Assembly (NCBI GenBank): GCA_044070495.1
Contig: JBIPSI010000031.1
Location: 1 to 60,748, forward strand
Reading direction: 5' to 3'
Origin: Spirulina sp.
GTDB lineage: Bacteria > Cyanobacteriota > Cyanobacteriia > Phormidesmidales > Phormidesmidaceae
DNA length: 60,748 bases
The position numbers and the translations under genes were made by a program. Within the stretch, counting starts at the first letter, position 1. Each line of letters opens with the position of its first letter. The notes under the pieces are model-generated. The model saw only the letters and a list, made by a program, of their open reading frames with translations. It did not search any database and was not told the DNA's origin. Positions 9,837 through 19,546 of this stretch are shown piece after piece.

Positions 9837-10222
9837 GGGGCTGTAACGGTTTCGACGTTTTGACGAAAGTCACGCTGTGATACAGGCCGAGAGGGAGTCC
9901 ACTCTCGTAAATCCAGGCTCAAAACAAACGTAAGTGCGAACAACATCGTTCCTTTTGCTCGTAAAGCTGCACCTGTTGCCGCTTAACTAAAACTCTTTTA
10001 GCGAGCGTTCATAGTTTGACTCCGTTAAGGACTATGGACAAAACCCCAACGGATGCGCTGGCAGGCGTTCTCTAGTGAGTCTGTTAGCTAAGCTTTCACT
10101 GGAGCATCCCACCGTCCGGGATAAGTGACGGTTCCTGCCCCAAGGATTAGCGGGGCTAAGCCTGTGAATGAGTGGTGTGTTAATACTCAAAGCGGACACG
10201 GGTTCGACTCCCGTCAGCTCCA
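9837..10222 (+). ncRNA. ssrA: tmRNA (transfer-messenger RNA)
   Basis: 5' GGGGCTGTAACGGTTTCGAC, 3' T-arm GGTTCGACTCCCG plus CAGCTCCA acceptor; tag ORF 9936-9986 ANNIVPFARKAAPVAA*; TATAAT at 9811-9816. Confidence 0.98.
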
Positions 10223-10264
10223 TTCCTAAAACATGTGTTTGATTATTAAATATTTTTCCAAGTG

Positions 10265-10291
10265 AGAGACCCTATGTTGGGTCTCTTTTTT
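10265..10291 (+). terminator. ssrA terminator
   Basis: AGAGACCC-TATGTT-GGGTCTCT-TTTTT. Confidence 0.85.
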
Positions 10292-10407
10292 CGTCTGTCT
10301 ATACTGAGAAGGTAGCCCCAGGCTACGGAGGATTGGCATTGTTTGGATAGGTCGATCTTCCCGGAAGTTGTCCACTTCTATTGTTTCTTTTTAAGAGTTT
10401 TAGGAAA

Positions 10408-10566
10408 ATGCAATTCCCCGTCTGGCCTTACCTCAACCAACCCATCTTCAACCGCAACCAGCAGGCCATTTACAATCCCTGGCGGTTTTGGCGTACCTAC
10501 CAAGTCCGTTTTCTAGAGCGCTGTTGGCTGCGAGAATACCGTCCCGAAGAACATTACAAATCTTAA
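10408..10566 (+). CDS. Small (52 aa) aromatic-rich hypothetical protein
   Basis: AGGA RBS then ATG; MQFPVWPYLNQPIF...NPWRFW...LERCW resembles a small protein family I recall from cyanobacteria (unverified). Confidence 0.65.
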   Translation: MQFPVWPYLNQPIFNRNQQAIYNPWRFWRTYQVRFLERCWLREYRPEEHYKS

Positions 10567-10707
10567 TTGCAATGCCTTAAAGATGACAGGATTTCTTGAC
10601 TATTGAATGGGGTAATCGACAGCGAGAATATTCCTTTACTAAGTCTTAAGAAACTCCTCGATAGTTGAGGTTCATGGCAACCTAAATTCTAGGGCGTGTA
10701 TTGTGGC

Positions 10708-10827
10708 GGGTTGACGGACAAAACGTGACAGCACCCAAGCCCATCGAAGGGTCAGCAGACCTGCCCCCTACGACCTTGGAATCCTGTAGAGAATCGGTTG
10801 CTGCGCTCGGTGCAGGCCCGTCAGCCC
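10708..10827. mobile_element. Degenerate second copy of the GGTTGACGG-TIR plus REP composite element
   Basis: GGTTGACGGACAAAA (10709-10723), REP at 10749-10771 (-), degenerate right end CCCGTCAGCCC (10817-10827). Confidence 0.5.
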
Positions 10828-10866
10828 ACAGATAACCGTTGCCCAGGCGTATCCGTCGCCTAGATG

Positions 10867-11436
10867 TCAGTCAATCAAGCTTTGTGGATTTCCCGTTGCG
10901 GCGATCAAGCGGGGGAGGTCAAGCTGGATTTTCGTATCGACTAGGATCGTGTCGCTCAGGGCGAGGCGTTCCCCGGTGATCCAAACGGTCTGGGGTTGAA
11001 AGCCATAGAGGCGTCGGGGGGAGGGATCGAGGTAATCCGCTGGGGTGCGACGCTGGCCTGGGGCGGCGCGGCGCAGGAAAAACGGCAGCACACCCTCGAT
11101 CTCCGTACGGTCTACTTCAGTAGCGATGCCGACCAGATAGAGTCCCTGCCCCTTACCCTCCTGGCGGTCGGTGCTATAGATGGTGATAGCGGCCCTGCCC
11201 TGGTTGGCGTAGAGGTGTTGGGAATGCTGCGCCCCCTGGGCCGAAGCCCAGTACAGATTCCAGGCGGCATCGTAGCCAAAGAATATCGGGGAGGCCCAGG
11301 GCACACCATCGGGGGAACTGGTGGCGAGGGTGCCGTAGAGGGTGTCCTCAAGAATATGCTGAGCCTTGGCTAGGATGGCTGGTGTTTGACTATCGTCGGT
11401 GTTCACCCAGCGGTTTTCAGGACTGGCTTTGGCCAT
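10867..11436 (-). CDS. Pyridoxamine 5'-phosphate oxidase-family (split-barrel FMN-binding) protein
   Basis: TLATSSPDGVPWASPIFF, LYWAS...AQHS..L..N. Confidence 0.85.
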   Translation of the reverse strand: MAKASPENRWVNTDDSQTPAILAKAQHILEDTLYGTLATSSPDGVPWASPIFFGYDAAWNLYWASAQGAQHSQHLYANQGRAAITIYSTDRQEGKGQGLYLVGIATEVDRTEIEGVLPFFLRRAAPGQRRTPADYLDPSPRRLYGFQPQTVWITGERLALSDTILVDTKIQLDLPRLIAATGNPQSLID

Positions 11437-11676
11437 GGTAGGCAGACTCCTGGGTCGATAGAATCGGGTCGGACGGGGTAGAGAGGTCTAGCTATCCTAG
11501 CGGGTTCATCCGTTGATCGGTTCACCCTAGCTTTAGCCTCCGTTGAGGGATGGGGCGTTGACCAGGCAAGGGATGGAAGAAGGATCCATAATTGACGCTA
11601 GAGTCCTCTGGAAACGATGTATTATCCTGTGATTTAGCGCCAGACTGCTATCCTGTCATTTTCCCTGTGCCCTCTG

Positions 11677-13026
11677 ATGCAGACCCCAGGCTTTTTTCGT
11701 ACCGCCCAGCAGTGGTTTTTCCGCACCCCTGAGCGTGCCCTTAACCAGGCCTACGAAGCGGCGCAGATGATTGAGGCGATTGAGCGAGAGTATTTTGGCG
11801 GCAATCCTATTTCTTCGCGCTACGGCAACTATGGCGACAGCGCCATGGAGTATTTCCAGGCCGAGTTGAAGAAGTATCTCAACCTGATTAAGGTGCGCAT
11901 GGCGGAGTTTCGCGCCAGCCGCACGGTGATCCGAGCCTCGGATCAGCGCATTCTGGAGGTCGATTTGTCTCCCTCCGAGGCCGACGAACTAGCGGTGAAT
12001 GTTGTGGATCGGCAGGCGGTTTTGTTTCGCAAGCTGCGGCTGGTGGATGAGGTTCTAGCCCGCTACGCCACCCTAGAAGCCCCCCCAGAACGCGTGATTA
12101 CGCTGACGGAGGGAACCAACGGTAGTCTTGCCTCGGCCCAGTCTACCCAGGTTTTGCGGGCCAAGGCGGAACAGTCACGGGGGCAAGGCAATGGCGCGGA
12201 TGCGGCCAACGATAGCCGAGAGGGGCTTTCGGATCGGGTGAATGTGCTGCCCCGATCCATTCTGCGCACGGTGGATCGTATTCGTCAGGATCTTGACCCC
12301 AACGCTGAAGAGGAGGTGGTGAAAGACTTTCGTACCTCTAAGGCGAGAACCACCGCTGCCATTCGTTTTTTGCTGCTGTTGGTCATTGTGCCGTTGCTCA
12401 CCCAGCAGTTCACTAAAACCTTTCTGGTGGGGCCTGTGGTGGATCATTTCCGCCAGGAGCGGGAGGCCGATGTGTTTTTGAATATTGAAATGGAGGAAGA
12501 GGCCCTCCATGAATTGCAACGGTTTGAGGAGCGGCTGCGGTTTGAGGTTTTGATTGGCAAGGCTCCCCCGCTCTCAGAACTGAACATTGAACGCCAGGTG
12601 CGGGAAAAGGCTACAGAAATTGAAGAAGACTATCGTCAGCGCAGTGCCGACGCCATCAAAAATATCTTTGCTGACATTGTGGCGGCGGGAGCCTTTGCCC
12701 TGCTGTTGATTACCCGCAAGCAGGATGTGGCCAATTTAAAGTCCTTTATGGATGAAATTGTCTACGGCCTCAGCGATAGCGCCAAGGCCTTCATCATCAT
12801 TTTGTTTACGGATATTTTCGTTGGCTTCCACTCGCCCCATGGCTGGGAAGTGCTGCTAGAAGGACTGTCTCGCCATCTCGGCTTTCCGGCTAACCGAGAG
12901 TTTATCTTCCTCTTTATTGCCACCTTCCCGGTGATTTTGGATACGGTGTTCAAGTATTGGATTTTCCGTTACCTCAACCGTATTTCTCCTTCGGCAGTGG
13001 CCACCTATAAGAATATGAACGAGTAA
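11677..13026 (+). CDS. pxcA: Proton extrusion protein PcxA/PxcA (CemA family)
   Basis: TPERAL..AY.AA, GLSDSAKAFIIILFTDIFVGFHSPHGWE, FKYWIFRYLNRISPSAVATY. Confidence 0.96.
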   Translation: MQTPGFFRTAQQWFFRTPERALNQAYEAAQMIEAIEREYFGGNPISSRYGNYGDSAMEYFQAELKKYLNLIKVRMAEFRASRTVIRASDQRILEVDLSPSEADELAVNVVDRQAVLFRKLRLVDEVLARYATLEAPPERVITLTEGTNGSLASAQSTQVLRAKAEQSRGQGNGADAANDSREGLSDRVNVLPRSILRTVDRIRQDLDPNAEEEVVKDFRTSKARTTAAIRFLLLLVIVPLLTQQFTKTFLVGPVVDHFRQEREADVFLNIEMEEEALHELQRFEERLRFEVLIGKAPPLSELNIERQVREKATEIEEDYRQRSADAIKNIFADIVAAGAFALLLITRKQDVANLKSFMDEIVYGLSDSAKAFIIILFTDIFVGFHSPHGWEVLLEGLSRHLGFPANREFIFLFIATFPVILDTVFKYWIFRYLNRISPSAVATYKNMNE

Positions 13027-13137
13027 GCCAAACCCTAATCCCTGGATTGTCTTTTGGAGCCATAGAATTCAGATTGAAGGCTGCGGTAAGTTGGCTCTCA
13101 GTAATCGGATTTGGGCTAGGTAATCGCCGGAGGGAAT

Positions 13138-14805
13138 CTACAATTTTGCGCGCAGTTCTGCCTTGATTCGGTTCAAAATCGAGGCTTCGTCTAGGCTATC
13201 CAAAATGTGGCGCACGATGGCCTTTGGCCCCTCTGGCCCCCAGGTGGCCCCGTTGGTGAGGTAGGTTTTGGTGACCTGACCGAGGCCGTAGGTGGAGAGT
13301 CCGGCGACGGCGGCCTGGGTGATGGCGACTGGAACGTAGGGCGCGAGGGATAGCCCCCCGGTGGCGATGGCCGAAACCCCCAGCAAGCCCTTCAGGGAAC
13401 TCAGGCCCACTGTCACCACCAGTTCACTGAGGGTGATGCCGCCCAGGCCCAGGGCGATTTGCTTTAAAAGCTGGAACGCCGCCGATTGGGTCATGGGCAG
13501 ACCGTAGATGCGGGAGAGGGTGAGGATGAGCGACACATCAATCACGACGCCACTCAGTAGATCGGCCATGGTGATAGGGTTGAGGGCGACGGCCACGGCG
13601 GTAATCATCACCCCATTCCAGATGGTGTCGTCGGCGATGCGGTCGCAGATTTGCCGCTTTCGTTCCACGATCTCAGTACTGACCGACTCCGCATAGAGCA
13701 GGGTATTTAGGGCCACCAACGCCTTGCCCTCCCGGTGCAGAATGTCCAAAATCTTGAGCTTCAGGGCATCGACTTGGGGGGTGCCGCGCACAGTTTCGTA
13801 GGTTGTAGTGCCGTTTGCCTGGGCCACCGCCTGCACCGCCAGGGGGGAAGCCGCCGCCATCACGATCTCGTCGGGCGAAATCAATGCCTTTAGCCGCTGG
13901 TCGCAGAGGGTATCGTAGATCTGCTGGCGATCCGTTTCCGGGTATTGATCCACTTTGTTAAACACCAGCAGGATGGGCTTGCTGGCTTGGCGCAGGGCAT
14001 AGAGCGCCTCATACTCCACCCGCGTTAGGTCTCCGGCAATCACAAACAAAATTAAATCTACCTGCTCGGCAATGCGCTGGGCTAGGGCCGCTCGATCCTC
14101 CCCTGCCACCTCGTCTAGACCCGGCGTATCGATTAGCTCAATGCGCGATTGGCCCACACTCTGGAGCGATACCCGCAAGAGATCAGGGGCATCCTCTGTC
14201 AACGACTCCTGGCTCACGACCCACCGTGCCCCTTCTATCACCTGCGTTACACCGTGGATGGGGCCAGTGGCAAACACCTCCGATCCCAGCAGCGCATTTA
14301 GCAACGACGACTTGCCTCGCCCCACTAGGCCAAACACCGCAATGTGAACAACCGTGTTTTCCAGCTTATCCAGCAATCCATTCAGGCTGTTGATCGCCTC
14401 ATCCAGCCCGGTGCGCTCCCGTGGGGTTAGCTTGAGGCGCTGCACCAAATCCCGTAGAGCCTCCTGGGCGCGGCGATAGTTGAGGTCATCTTGCAGCCCT
14501 TGAAAGTCTCCCACAATGGCACCGAGTTCCTGTTCCACTTCGTCCCAGGTGGGCGGGGCGGCGGGGGGCGGCGGTAGGGGACGGGGGGAAGAGGTGGGGG
14601 TAGGGGGATGGGGAGAGGGGGGGAGATCGGGGGGCGTCCAGGTGAGGGTGGCGTCTACGTCGTCCCAGGCAGGATCATCCCAGGCAGAGTCATTCCAGCC
14701 CTGAAGATCGCGGGCCAGGACGATGGCTGAACCGATCTGGGCATCGTCGCTAGGGGAGGATTCGGCAGGGGCAGATGGGCGGGGCGTGGGGTTGCTGGGA
14801 GCCAT
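13138..14805 (-). CDS. Era-like small GTP-binding protein with DUF697 (YcjF-like) C-terminus
   Basis: G1 GLVGRGKSS, G3 DTPG, G4 NKVD; hydrophobic C-terminal domain; Pro-rich N-terminus. Confidence 0.9.
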   Translation of the reverse strand: MAPSNPTPRPSAPAESSPSDDAQIGSAIVLARDLQGWNDSAWDDPAWDDVDATLTWTPPDLPPSPHPPTPTSSPRPLPPPPAAPPTWDEVEQELGAIVGDFQGLQDDLNYRRAQEALRDLVQRLKLTPRERTGLDEAINSLNGLLDKLENTVVHIAVFGLVGRGKSSLLNALLGSEVFATGPIHGVTQVIEGARWVVSQESLTEDAPDLLRVSLQSVGQSRIELIDTPGLDEVAGEDRAALAQRIAEQVDLILFVIAGDLTRVEYEALYALRQASKPILLVFNKVDQYPETDRQQIYDTLCDQRLKALISPDEIVMAAASPLAVQAVAQANGTTTYETVRGTPQVDALKLKILDILHREGKALVALNTLLYAESVSTEIVERKRQICDRIADDTIWNGVMITAVAVALNPITMADLLSGVVIDVSLILTLSRIYGLPMTQSAAFQLLKQIALGLGGITLSELVVTVGLSSLKGLLGVSAIATGGLSLAPYVPVAITQAAVAGLSTYGLGQVTKTYLTNGATWGPEGPKAIVRHILDSLDEASILNRIKAELRAKL

Positions 14806-14812
14806 GGGCCTA

Positions 14813-14914
14813 TTGGGGGATAACCCGAATCTTCAGCATAGCGAAGGCAACGCCACCGTAACGAAGCTCGCCTTGGGGGATAACCGGAATTTATCGTTCT
14901 GAATTTATCGTTCT
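14813..14914. repeat. 18-bp direct repeat at 60-bp period plus a 14-bp tandem duplication
   Basis: TTGGGGGATAACC(C/G)GAAT at 14813 and 14873; GAATTTATCGTTCT at 14887 and 14901. Confidence 0.8.
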
Positions 14915-15055
14915 TCTGATGAATCCCTTAGCAATGGATGCGAGAATAGGTCAGAAAAAAGGACTGGGGATTAATTCGTTCCATAACGCTCAGTCTCTAC
15001 CGGAATCGTCCTTAGCGGTCGGGTTTAGCTGCAATATCGGGATAATACACGCACT

Positions 15056-15502
15056 ATGGAGTTCAAGACATCGGGCCAACGGGAGGTCTACTACCGAATC
15101 TTGCCCTGGATGCACGATCTATTCGGGGAGGCATTGGTGGTCTTCGAGGACGAGCCTCTCTTTATCGTTAACTTAGGGTCGGCGGTGGCTTCTACGCGAG
15201 TCGTCCCTTGGCACGAAGACGAAACCCTGATTACCACCCGATCCTACGTCGTTACCGATATTCATCTCACCCCAGAGCTGAGCTACTATCTGCTGCGGGA
15301 AAACAACGGCATTTATTTTGGTCGCTTTGCCTACGATGCCGAAAACGACATTGTGTTTGAACATAGCCTGCTAGGGGAAGGCTGTGATCGCAACGAGCTG
15401 AACCACTCGGTTACCACCGTCATCCGCATTGCCGATAACTATGATGACGAAATTGTCGCCCGCTGGGGCGGCAAACGCGCCCTAGACCGCTGGGCCTCCT
15501 AG
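15056..15502 (+). CDS. YbjN / T3SS-chaperone-like (CesT/YopN fold) protein
   Basis: GSA...V.PW, YLLREN...FG.F..D...DI.FEHSL.G, ADNYDDEIVARWGG. Confidence 0.8.
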   Translation: MEFKTSGQREVYYRILPWMHDLFGEALVVFEDEPLFIVNLGSAVASTRVVPWHEDETLITTRSYVVTDIHLTPELSYYLLRENNGIYFGRFAYDAENDIVFEHSLLGEGCDRNELNHSVTTVIRIADNYDDEIVARWGGKRALDRWAS

Positions 15503-15553
15503 GTTGCTGCTGCACCATGGGCTCCCCGCTGGCCCCAGGATGGCCCGGCAGAT

Positions 15554-16114
15554 TTAAGCCTCAGCCGCCGTCAGCACTGTGACCAGGGCCAGGTTAACTT
15601 TATCTTCGGCAGGGGCATTCAGTTCAGCCCGCACCCCAGGCCCAAAGAAGGTTTCAATTTTGCCCTGCTTCTCTACCCAGACGGAAAAAGGCACCGTGGG
15701 CGAGTCAAACTCTAGCACTAGGGCGTAGTTGCCATCCATTTCCAGTTCGCGAATGCCTTTTAGTTCGGGGCATTCCTCCCCGGAGGGGCTGAGACCGAGC
15801 TTTTGCAGCGCTACATCTAAGTGGGCCTCTTGTCCATAGCGGTAGCGGGTGACATCTTGCCGCACCTGGTTTTGGGTGGGGGTAGCTTGGGCCTCCCGTA
15901 GTTGGATCACCTCTGGGGAGGTGGTCTGGCTGTAGGGCACCGGTTCTAGCTCCGCCGCCCGCAGCGCCAACCCGCCCAACAAAATCGGAATGCCATAGAA
16001 AAAACCAGCCAGGTTGAGGGTGGCATTGGCTTGGAAATAGGCCACGAACCCAACGATGGTGAGCCCTCCCCCAATCGCCATCAGCACCAGACTTAAATTA
16101 ATTCGACCCAACAT
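15554..16114 (-). CDS. DUF2854 thylakoid membrane protein (Slr0575/APE1-like)
   Basis: Two N-terminal TM helices; LNLAGFFYGIPILLGGLAL.AAEL; DVTRYRYGQEAHLD; FFGPG. Confidence 0.9.
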   Translation of the reverse strand: MLGRINLSLVLMAIGGGLTIVGFVAYFQANATLNLAGFFYGIPILLGGLALRAAELEPVPYSQTTSPEVIQLREAQATPTQNQVRQDVTRYRYGQEAHLDVALQKLGLSPSGEECPELKGIRELEMDGNYALVLEFDSPTVPFSVWVEKQGKIETFFGPGVRAELNAPAEDKVNLALVTVLTAAEA

Positions 16115-16310
16115 AGCAGTCCCGCGTTCCAATCACTCCCTTCATCATGCCCCGTTGAGCGCGAGAAGGGTAGGGGCAATTGGCATCCCCCCCTGCCAAC
16201 CCCAGCCCCTAACAACTAATCACCAGTAACCAATAACCAAAAAGATGCAGTCCTCCAGAAAGTTGTTTATGCTGTCTGAGGACTGTCTGCGAACCGTTGG
16301 AGGTGACGCC

Positions 16311-16484
16311 ATGGATGTGCAAACCATTCGGGAAAAGGTGGAGACGATCAAGGCCAAGCGAGAGGCTCTGATTCGGTTACTGGAACAGCCTGACCTCGGT
16401 ACCCTACGCATTGATGTGAACCAGGCGCTCGAGGAAATGGACGATTTGCTGGAAGAATTTGACCGCACGTTCCCAGCGGGATGA
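16311..16484 (+). CDS. Small conserved coiled-coil hypothetical protein
   Basis: GGAGG RBS; LGTLRIDVNQALEEMDDLLEEF. Confidence 0.8.
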   Translation: MDVQTIREKVETIKAKREALIRLLEQPDLGTLRIDVNQALEEMDDLLEEFDRTFPAG

Positions 16485-16561
16485 TAGGTTGAGTAGTTGC
16501 GGATTAAAAATCCGTTCGTCTCCCAAATGTTGTTGATCCATCACCCCGAACAGCACCCACC

Positions 16562-16879
16562 ATGGCCACCAGCTACACCGTAGAAATTCTGCACCAAGGC
16601 ACCACTACCACCATTTCGGTTCCCGATGATCAAACCGTCCTGGATGCGGCCCATGCGGCGGGGTTAGATCTGCCGACCTCCTGTGGTGCTGGGGTTTGCA
16701 CCACCTGCGCAGCCCTGGTGTTAGAGGGCACGGTGGATCAGACCGATGGCATGGGCGTTAGCCCGGATCTCCAGGCCCAAGGGTATGCCTTGCTCTGTGT
16801 GGCCTATCCCCGGTCTGACCTCAAAATTGAGACCGAGAAAGAAGACATCGTTTACCAAAAGCAGTTTGGCCAGGGCTAA
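16562..16879 (+). CDS. Plant-type 2Fe-2S ferredoxin (minor, FdC1/Fed3-like)
   Basis: CGAGVCTTC...LLCVAYPRSD; C-terminal VYQKQFG extension. Confidence 0.93.
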   Translation: MATSYTVEILHQGTTTTISVPDDQTVLDAAHAAGLDLPTSCGAGVCTTCAALVLEGTVDQTDGMGVSPDLQAQGYALLCVAYPRSDLKIETEKEDIVYQKQFGQG

Positions 16880-16884
16880 ACGCC

Positions 16885-17067
16885 ATGACCTTGAATACCC
16901 ATTTTCTCACCCTGTCCTTGCCCCTTGCCGACCTCAAGATCGATCCAGTGGCTACCGTGGAAACGGCTCTGCGGCAACGGGGAGAGCCGTTGCGCTGGGC
17001 CATTACCCAGGTGGATGAAGGGGCGGGGTTGGCGATGGTGGAAGCCGTTGTCACCACCGTGAGTTAG
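16885..17067 (+). CDS. Small conserved hypothetical protein
   Basis: Follows the ferredoxin by 5 nt; GEPLRWAIT..D......VEAVVT motif. Confidence 0.75.
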   Translation: MTLNTHFLTLSLPLADLKIDPVATVETALRQRGEPLRWAITQVDEGAGLAMVEAVVTTVS

Positions 17068-17107
17068 CGATTGCCCTCCATTCCTCACCCTCCATTTTTG
17101 AACCTCC

Positions 17108-18310
17108 ATGGCTGTTACACCTCTAACCTGGGAGGCCCTAGCGGCCCTAACCGACTTTGCCATCGATACCATCCATGGCCCCACCAATGCCCAGGCGCGG
17201 CTGCGACTGTTTGGCCAACCCGAATCGGCGGTGCGGGTCACCCTATACCGCGATAACCATGCCTGGTGTCCCTATTGTCAAAAGGTGTGGCTGTGGCTAG
17301 AGGAAAAGCAAATTCCCTACCGCATCGAAAAGGTCACGATGTTTTGCTACGGCGAAAAGGAAGCCTGGTATAAGCGCAAGGTGCCCTCTGGAATGCTGCC
17401 TGCCCTGGAACTGGATGGGCGGATGATTACCGAAAGCGACGATATTTTGATGGCCCTAGAACGCGCCTTTGGGCCACTCACCCACAGCATGACGGATCGG
17501 TCTGTGGTGCCCCTGCGTCAGCTAGAGCGGCTGTTGTTTCGGGCCTGGTGTATGTGGTTGTGCTATCCGTCCCGGTCGGCCCAGGATGACCAGCGGGCGG
17601 GTCAGCAGTTTCAGGGGGTCATGGATCGAGTAGAAGCGGCTCTAGCCAGTACCCCCAGCCCCTACTTTTTGGATGAGTTCGGCACCGTGGATCTGGTCTT
17701 TACGCCCTACGTGGAGCGCATGAACGCCAGCCTGTTCTACTACAAGGGCTACTCCATGCGGGAGGTGAACCCCAATTTTGGGGCCTGGTGCGATGCCATG
17801 GAAACCCGCCCCACCTATCGCGGTACTCAGAGCGATTTCCACACCCACGTCCACGACCTGCCACCGCAAATGGGGGGCTGCTACAGCAACGACCTACCCC
17901 AAACCCGCCAAAACCAGCAGCGGGTGAACCATGGCCCCTGGTTTGGCCTGCCCGACGTGGGCTATGCCGAACCGGAAAACTCCCGCCAGGAGGCCCTGCA
18001 ACGGGTTCTCAAGCACCGGGACACCCTAATTCAGGTGAACCCTGCCCCCGATGCCCTGATGGACGAAGCCCTGCGCTGCGCCCTCACTACCCTGATCACC
18101 GGGGAAAGCTGTACACCCCCAGCCGGAAGCGATGTGGCCCTGCGCTACCTACGGGATCGGATCAGCGTGCCGAGGGATATGTCGATCTATGCCGCCAAAC
18201 GCCTGCGGGAAGCCCTAGAAAGCACCGCCGCCCTGGCTGGGGACGGTCAAGCTGAACCCATCCCCGTCAACCACCGCCGCGACCAAAACCCCCAACCCTT
18301 TGCGGCCTAA
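17108..18310 (+). CDS. Cys-type glutathione S-transferase family protein
   Basis: [34 protein letters not shown]. Confidence 0.92.
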   Translation: MAVTPLTWEALAALTDFAIDTIHGPTNAQARLRLFGQPESAVRVTLYRDNHAWCPYCQKVWLWLEEKQIPYRIEKVTMFCYGEKEAWYKRKVPSGMLPALELDGRMITESDDILMALERAFGPLTHSMTDRSVVPLRQLERLLFRAWCMWLCYPSRSAQDDQRAGQQFQGVMDRVEAALASTPSPYFLDEFGTVDLVFTPYVERMNASLFYYKGYSMREVNPNFGAWCDAMETRPTYRGTQSDFHTHVHDLPPQMGGCYSNDLPQTRQNQQRVNHGPWFGLPDVGYAEPENSRQEALQRVLKHRDTLIQVNPAPDALMDEALRCALTTLITGESCTPPAGSDVALRYLRDRISVPRDMSIYAAKRLREALESTAALAGDGQAEPIPVNHRRDQNPQPFAA

Positions 18311-18317
18311 GCGTGAG

Positions 18318-18383
18318 AGATCCCAGGGTTCTGAACCTTCCTCTTCGGTCGTGCCGTCTAGCCGATGAAGAACCCTGGGATCT
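18318..18383. repeat. 66-bp inverted-repeat element, copy 1
   Basis: Perfect 15-bp IR AGATCCCAGGGTTCT/AGAACCCTGGGATCT with 36-bp spacer, between convergent genes. Confidence 0.85.
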
Positions 18384-18401
18384 GGCTCTTGGGATCTGCA
18401 C

Positions 18402-19172
18402 CTAATACCGAATTTGCAAGGTCACGCTCGCCTGCACCGTCTGTTCGCCGCCGATGACGGGGGTGGAATAGTCTGCCGAGGCGCTGGCGACTTCGGCCCG
18501 GCGGGGCATGGGCACGGGCATGGGCAGGTTGGCCCCATTAATTTGAATGGTGACGATTTCCTGTGGCCCTAGGTTGAGGGCGCTCAACACCGTGTTGGAC
18601 TGGGCTTGGGCATCGTTAACGGCCTCCCGCAGGGCTTGCTGGCGAGCCGCTTCGAGGGCGTCATCCTCGGCAATGAAGTTGATGCCCCGAATTTGGTTGG
18701 CCCCCACATTAACGGCCTCATCCAAAATTGGCCCCATGGCCTCGGTGGGCACCTGAAAGCTGACGGTGTTGCTGCCCGTGTAGCCCACCACTTCGGATCG
18801 TCCGTTTTCGTAGTTGTAGCGAGGGCTGAGCTGTACCCCCGTGGTCTCTAGCTTTTCCACATTGCGCGACCGCAGCAGTTCCACCACCGCCGTAGACCGC
18901 TGGGCCACCTCTCGCTGCACCGTGGCGGCATCGGTGCCCTGCACATCCACCCCCAAAGACACCTGGGCCTTGGTGGTTTGCACGGAAACTTGGCCCTGGC
19001 CAGTCACGGTTAGGGTGCGAAGCAGGGTTTCTTGGGCCATGGCGGTGGGGGTAAAAACAGGGGTAAACACAAAACCAGAGGCCAGTGCCGCCGAGGCCAG
19101 CAGGGCGGCAGACAGACGTTGGGTCATCCGACCGGGGTACAAAGTCGTAGCACGGGGGCGACGAGAGTTCAT
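18402..19172 (-). CDS. SIMPL domain (DUF541) exported protein
   Basis: Signal peptide ending AMA-Q; RTLTVTGQG.V, ILDEAVNVGANQI.GI.F, TPVIGGEQTV.ASV; start uncertain. Confidence 0.9.
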   Translation of the reverse strand: MNSRRPRATTLYPGRMTQRLSAALLASAALASGFVFTPVFTPTAMAQETLLRTLTVTGQGQVSVQTTKAQVSLGVDVQGTDAATVQREVAQRSTAVVELLRSRNVEKLETTGVQLSPRYNYENGRSEVVGYTGSNTVSFQVPTEAMGPILDEAVNVGANQIRGINFIAEDDALEAARQQALREAVNDAQAQSNTVLSALNLGPQEIVTIQINGANLPMPVPMPRRAEVASASADYSTPVIGGEQTVQASVTLQIRY

Positions 19173-19485
19173 CGTGGCGTTCCTCACATCAAAACGTTGA
19201 TTGTCCAAAATCCTAAGACCCCTCTCCAGCACAGCGGGGCTTAGACTCCCAATCTGACACAGGAATCGTATCCCCCCACCGCTGTTACCAAATCCGATAC
19301 ATGGCGTAGCGCCGATCCATCTCTACCCGATCAAAGTAGCCTTACCAAGGTCTAAAGGCCGATCCATCCCCATCCCAGAGCCATCCAGAGGGATCCCCGA
19401 AAGGGCAATTTCTGCATTCTCTGTTACACACATCGTTACATCTGAGACTGTCTGAGCATTGAGGTGTGTCAAGATCAGACAGTCT

Positions 19486-19494
19486 GGGCATACT
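19486..19494 (+). promoter_or_regulatory. Candidate SigJ-type extended -10 motif (J-box)
   Basis: GGGCATACT, 8/9 match to the GGGaAtacT consensus described for Nostoc punctiforme SigJ promoters, 52 bp before ATG 19547. Confidence 0.45.
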
Positions 19495-19546
19495 ATAAGG
19501 AATTCTTCGACCCCTTCGCTGAATCCACCGAACTCTAAAGACCACC

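Noticed and set aside
10032..10223. 63-aa ORF on the minus strand
   Set aside because: Antisense to tmRNA; a well-known spurious call
10222..10870. Integrated element at the ssrA 3' end
   Set aside because: No integrase and no duplicated ssrA 3' end seen; a terminator follows directly
14813..14890. Mini-CRISPR (18-bp repeat, 42-bp spacer)
   Set aside because: Only two short non-palindromic repeats; no leader or cas genes
19423..19440. GTTACA direct repeat as an RpaB HLR1 site
   Set aside because: Period is 12 bp rather than the 10 bp expected for HLR1
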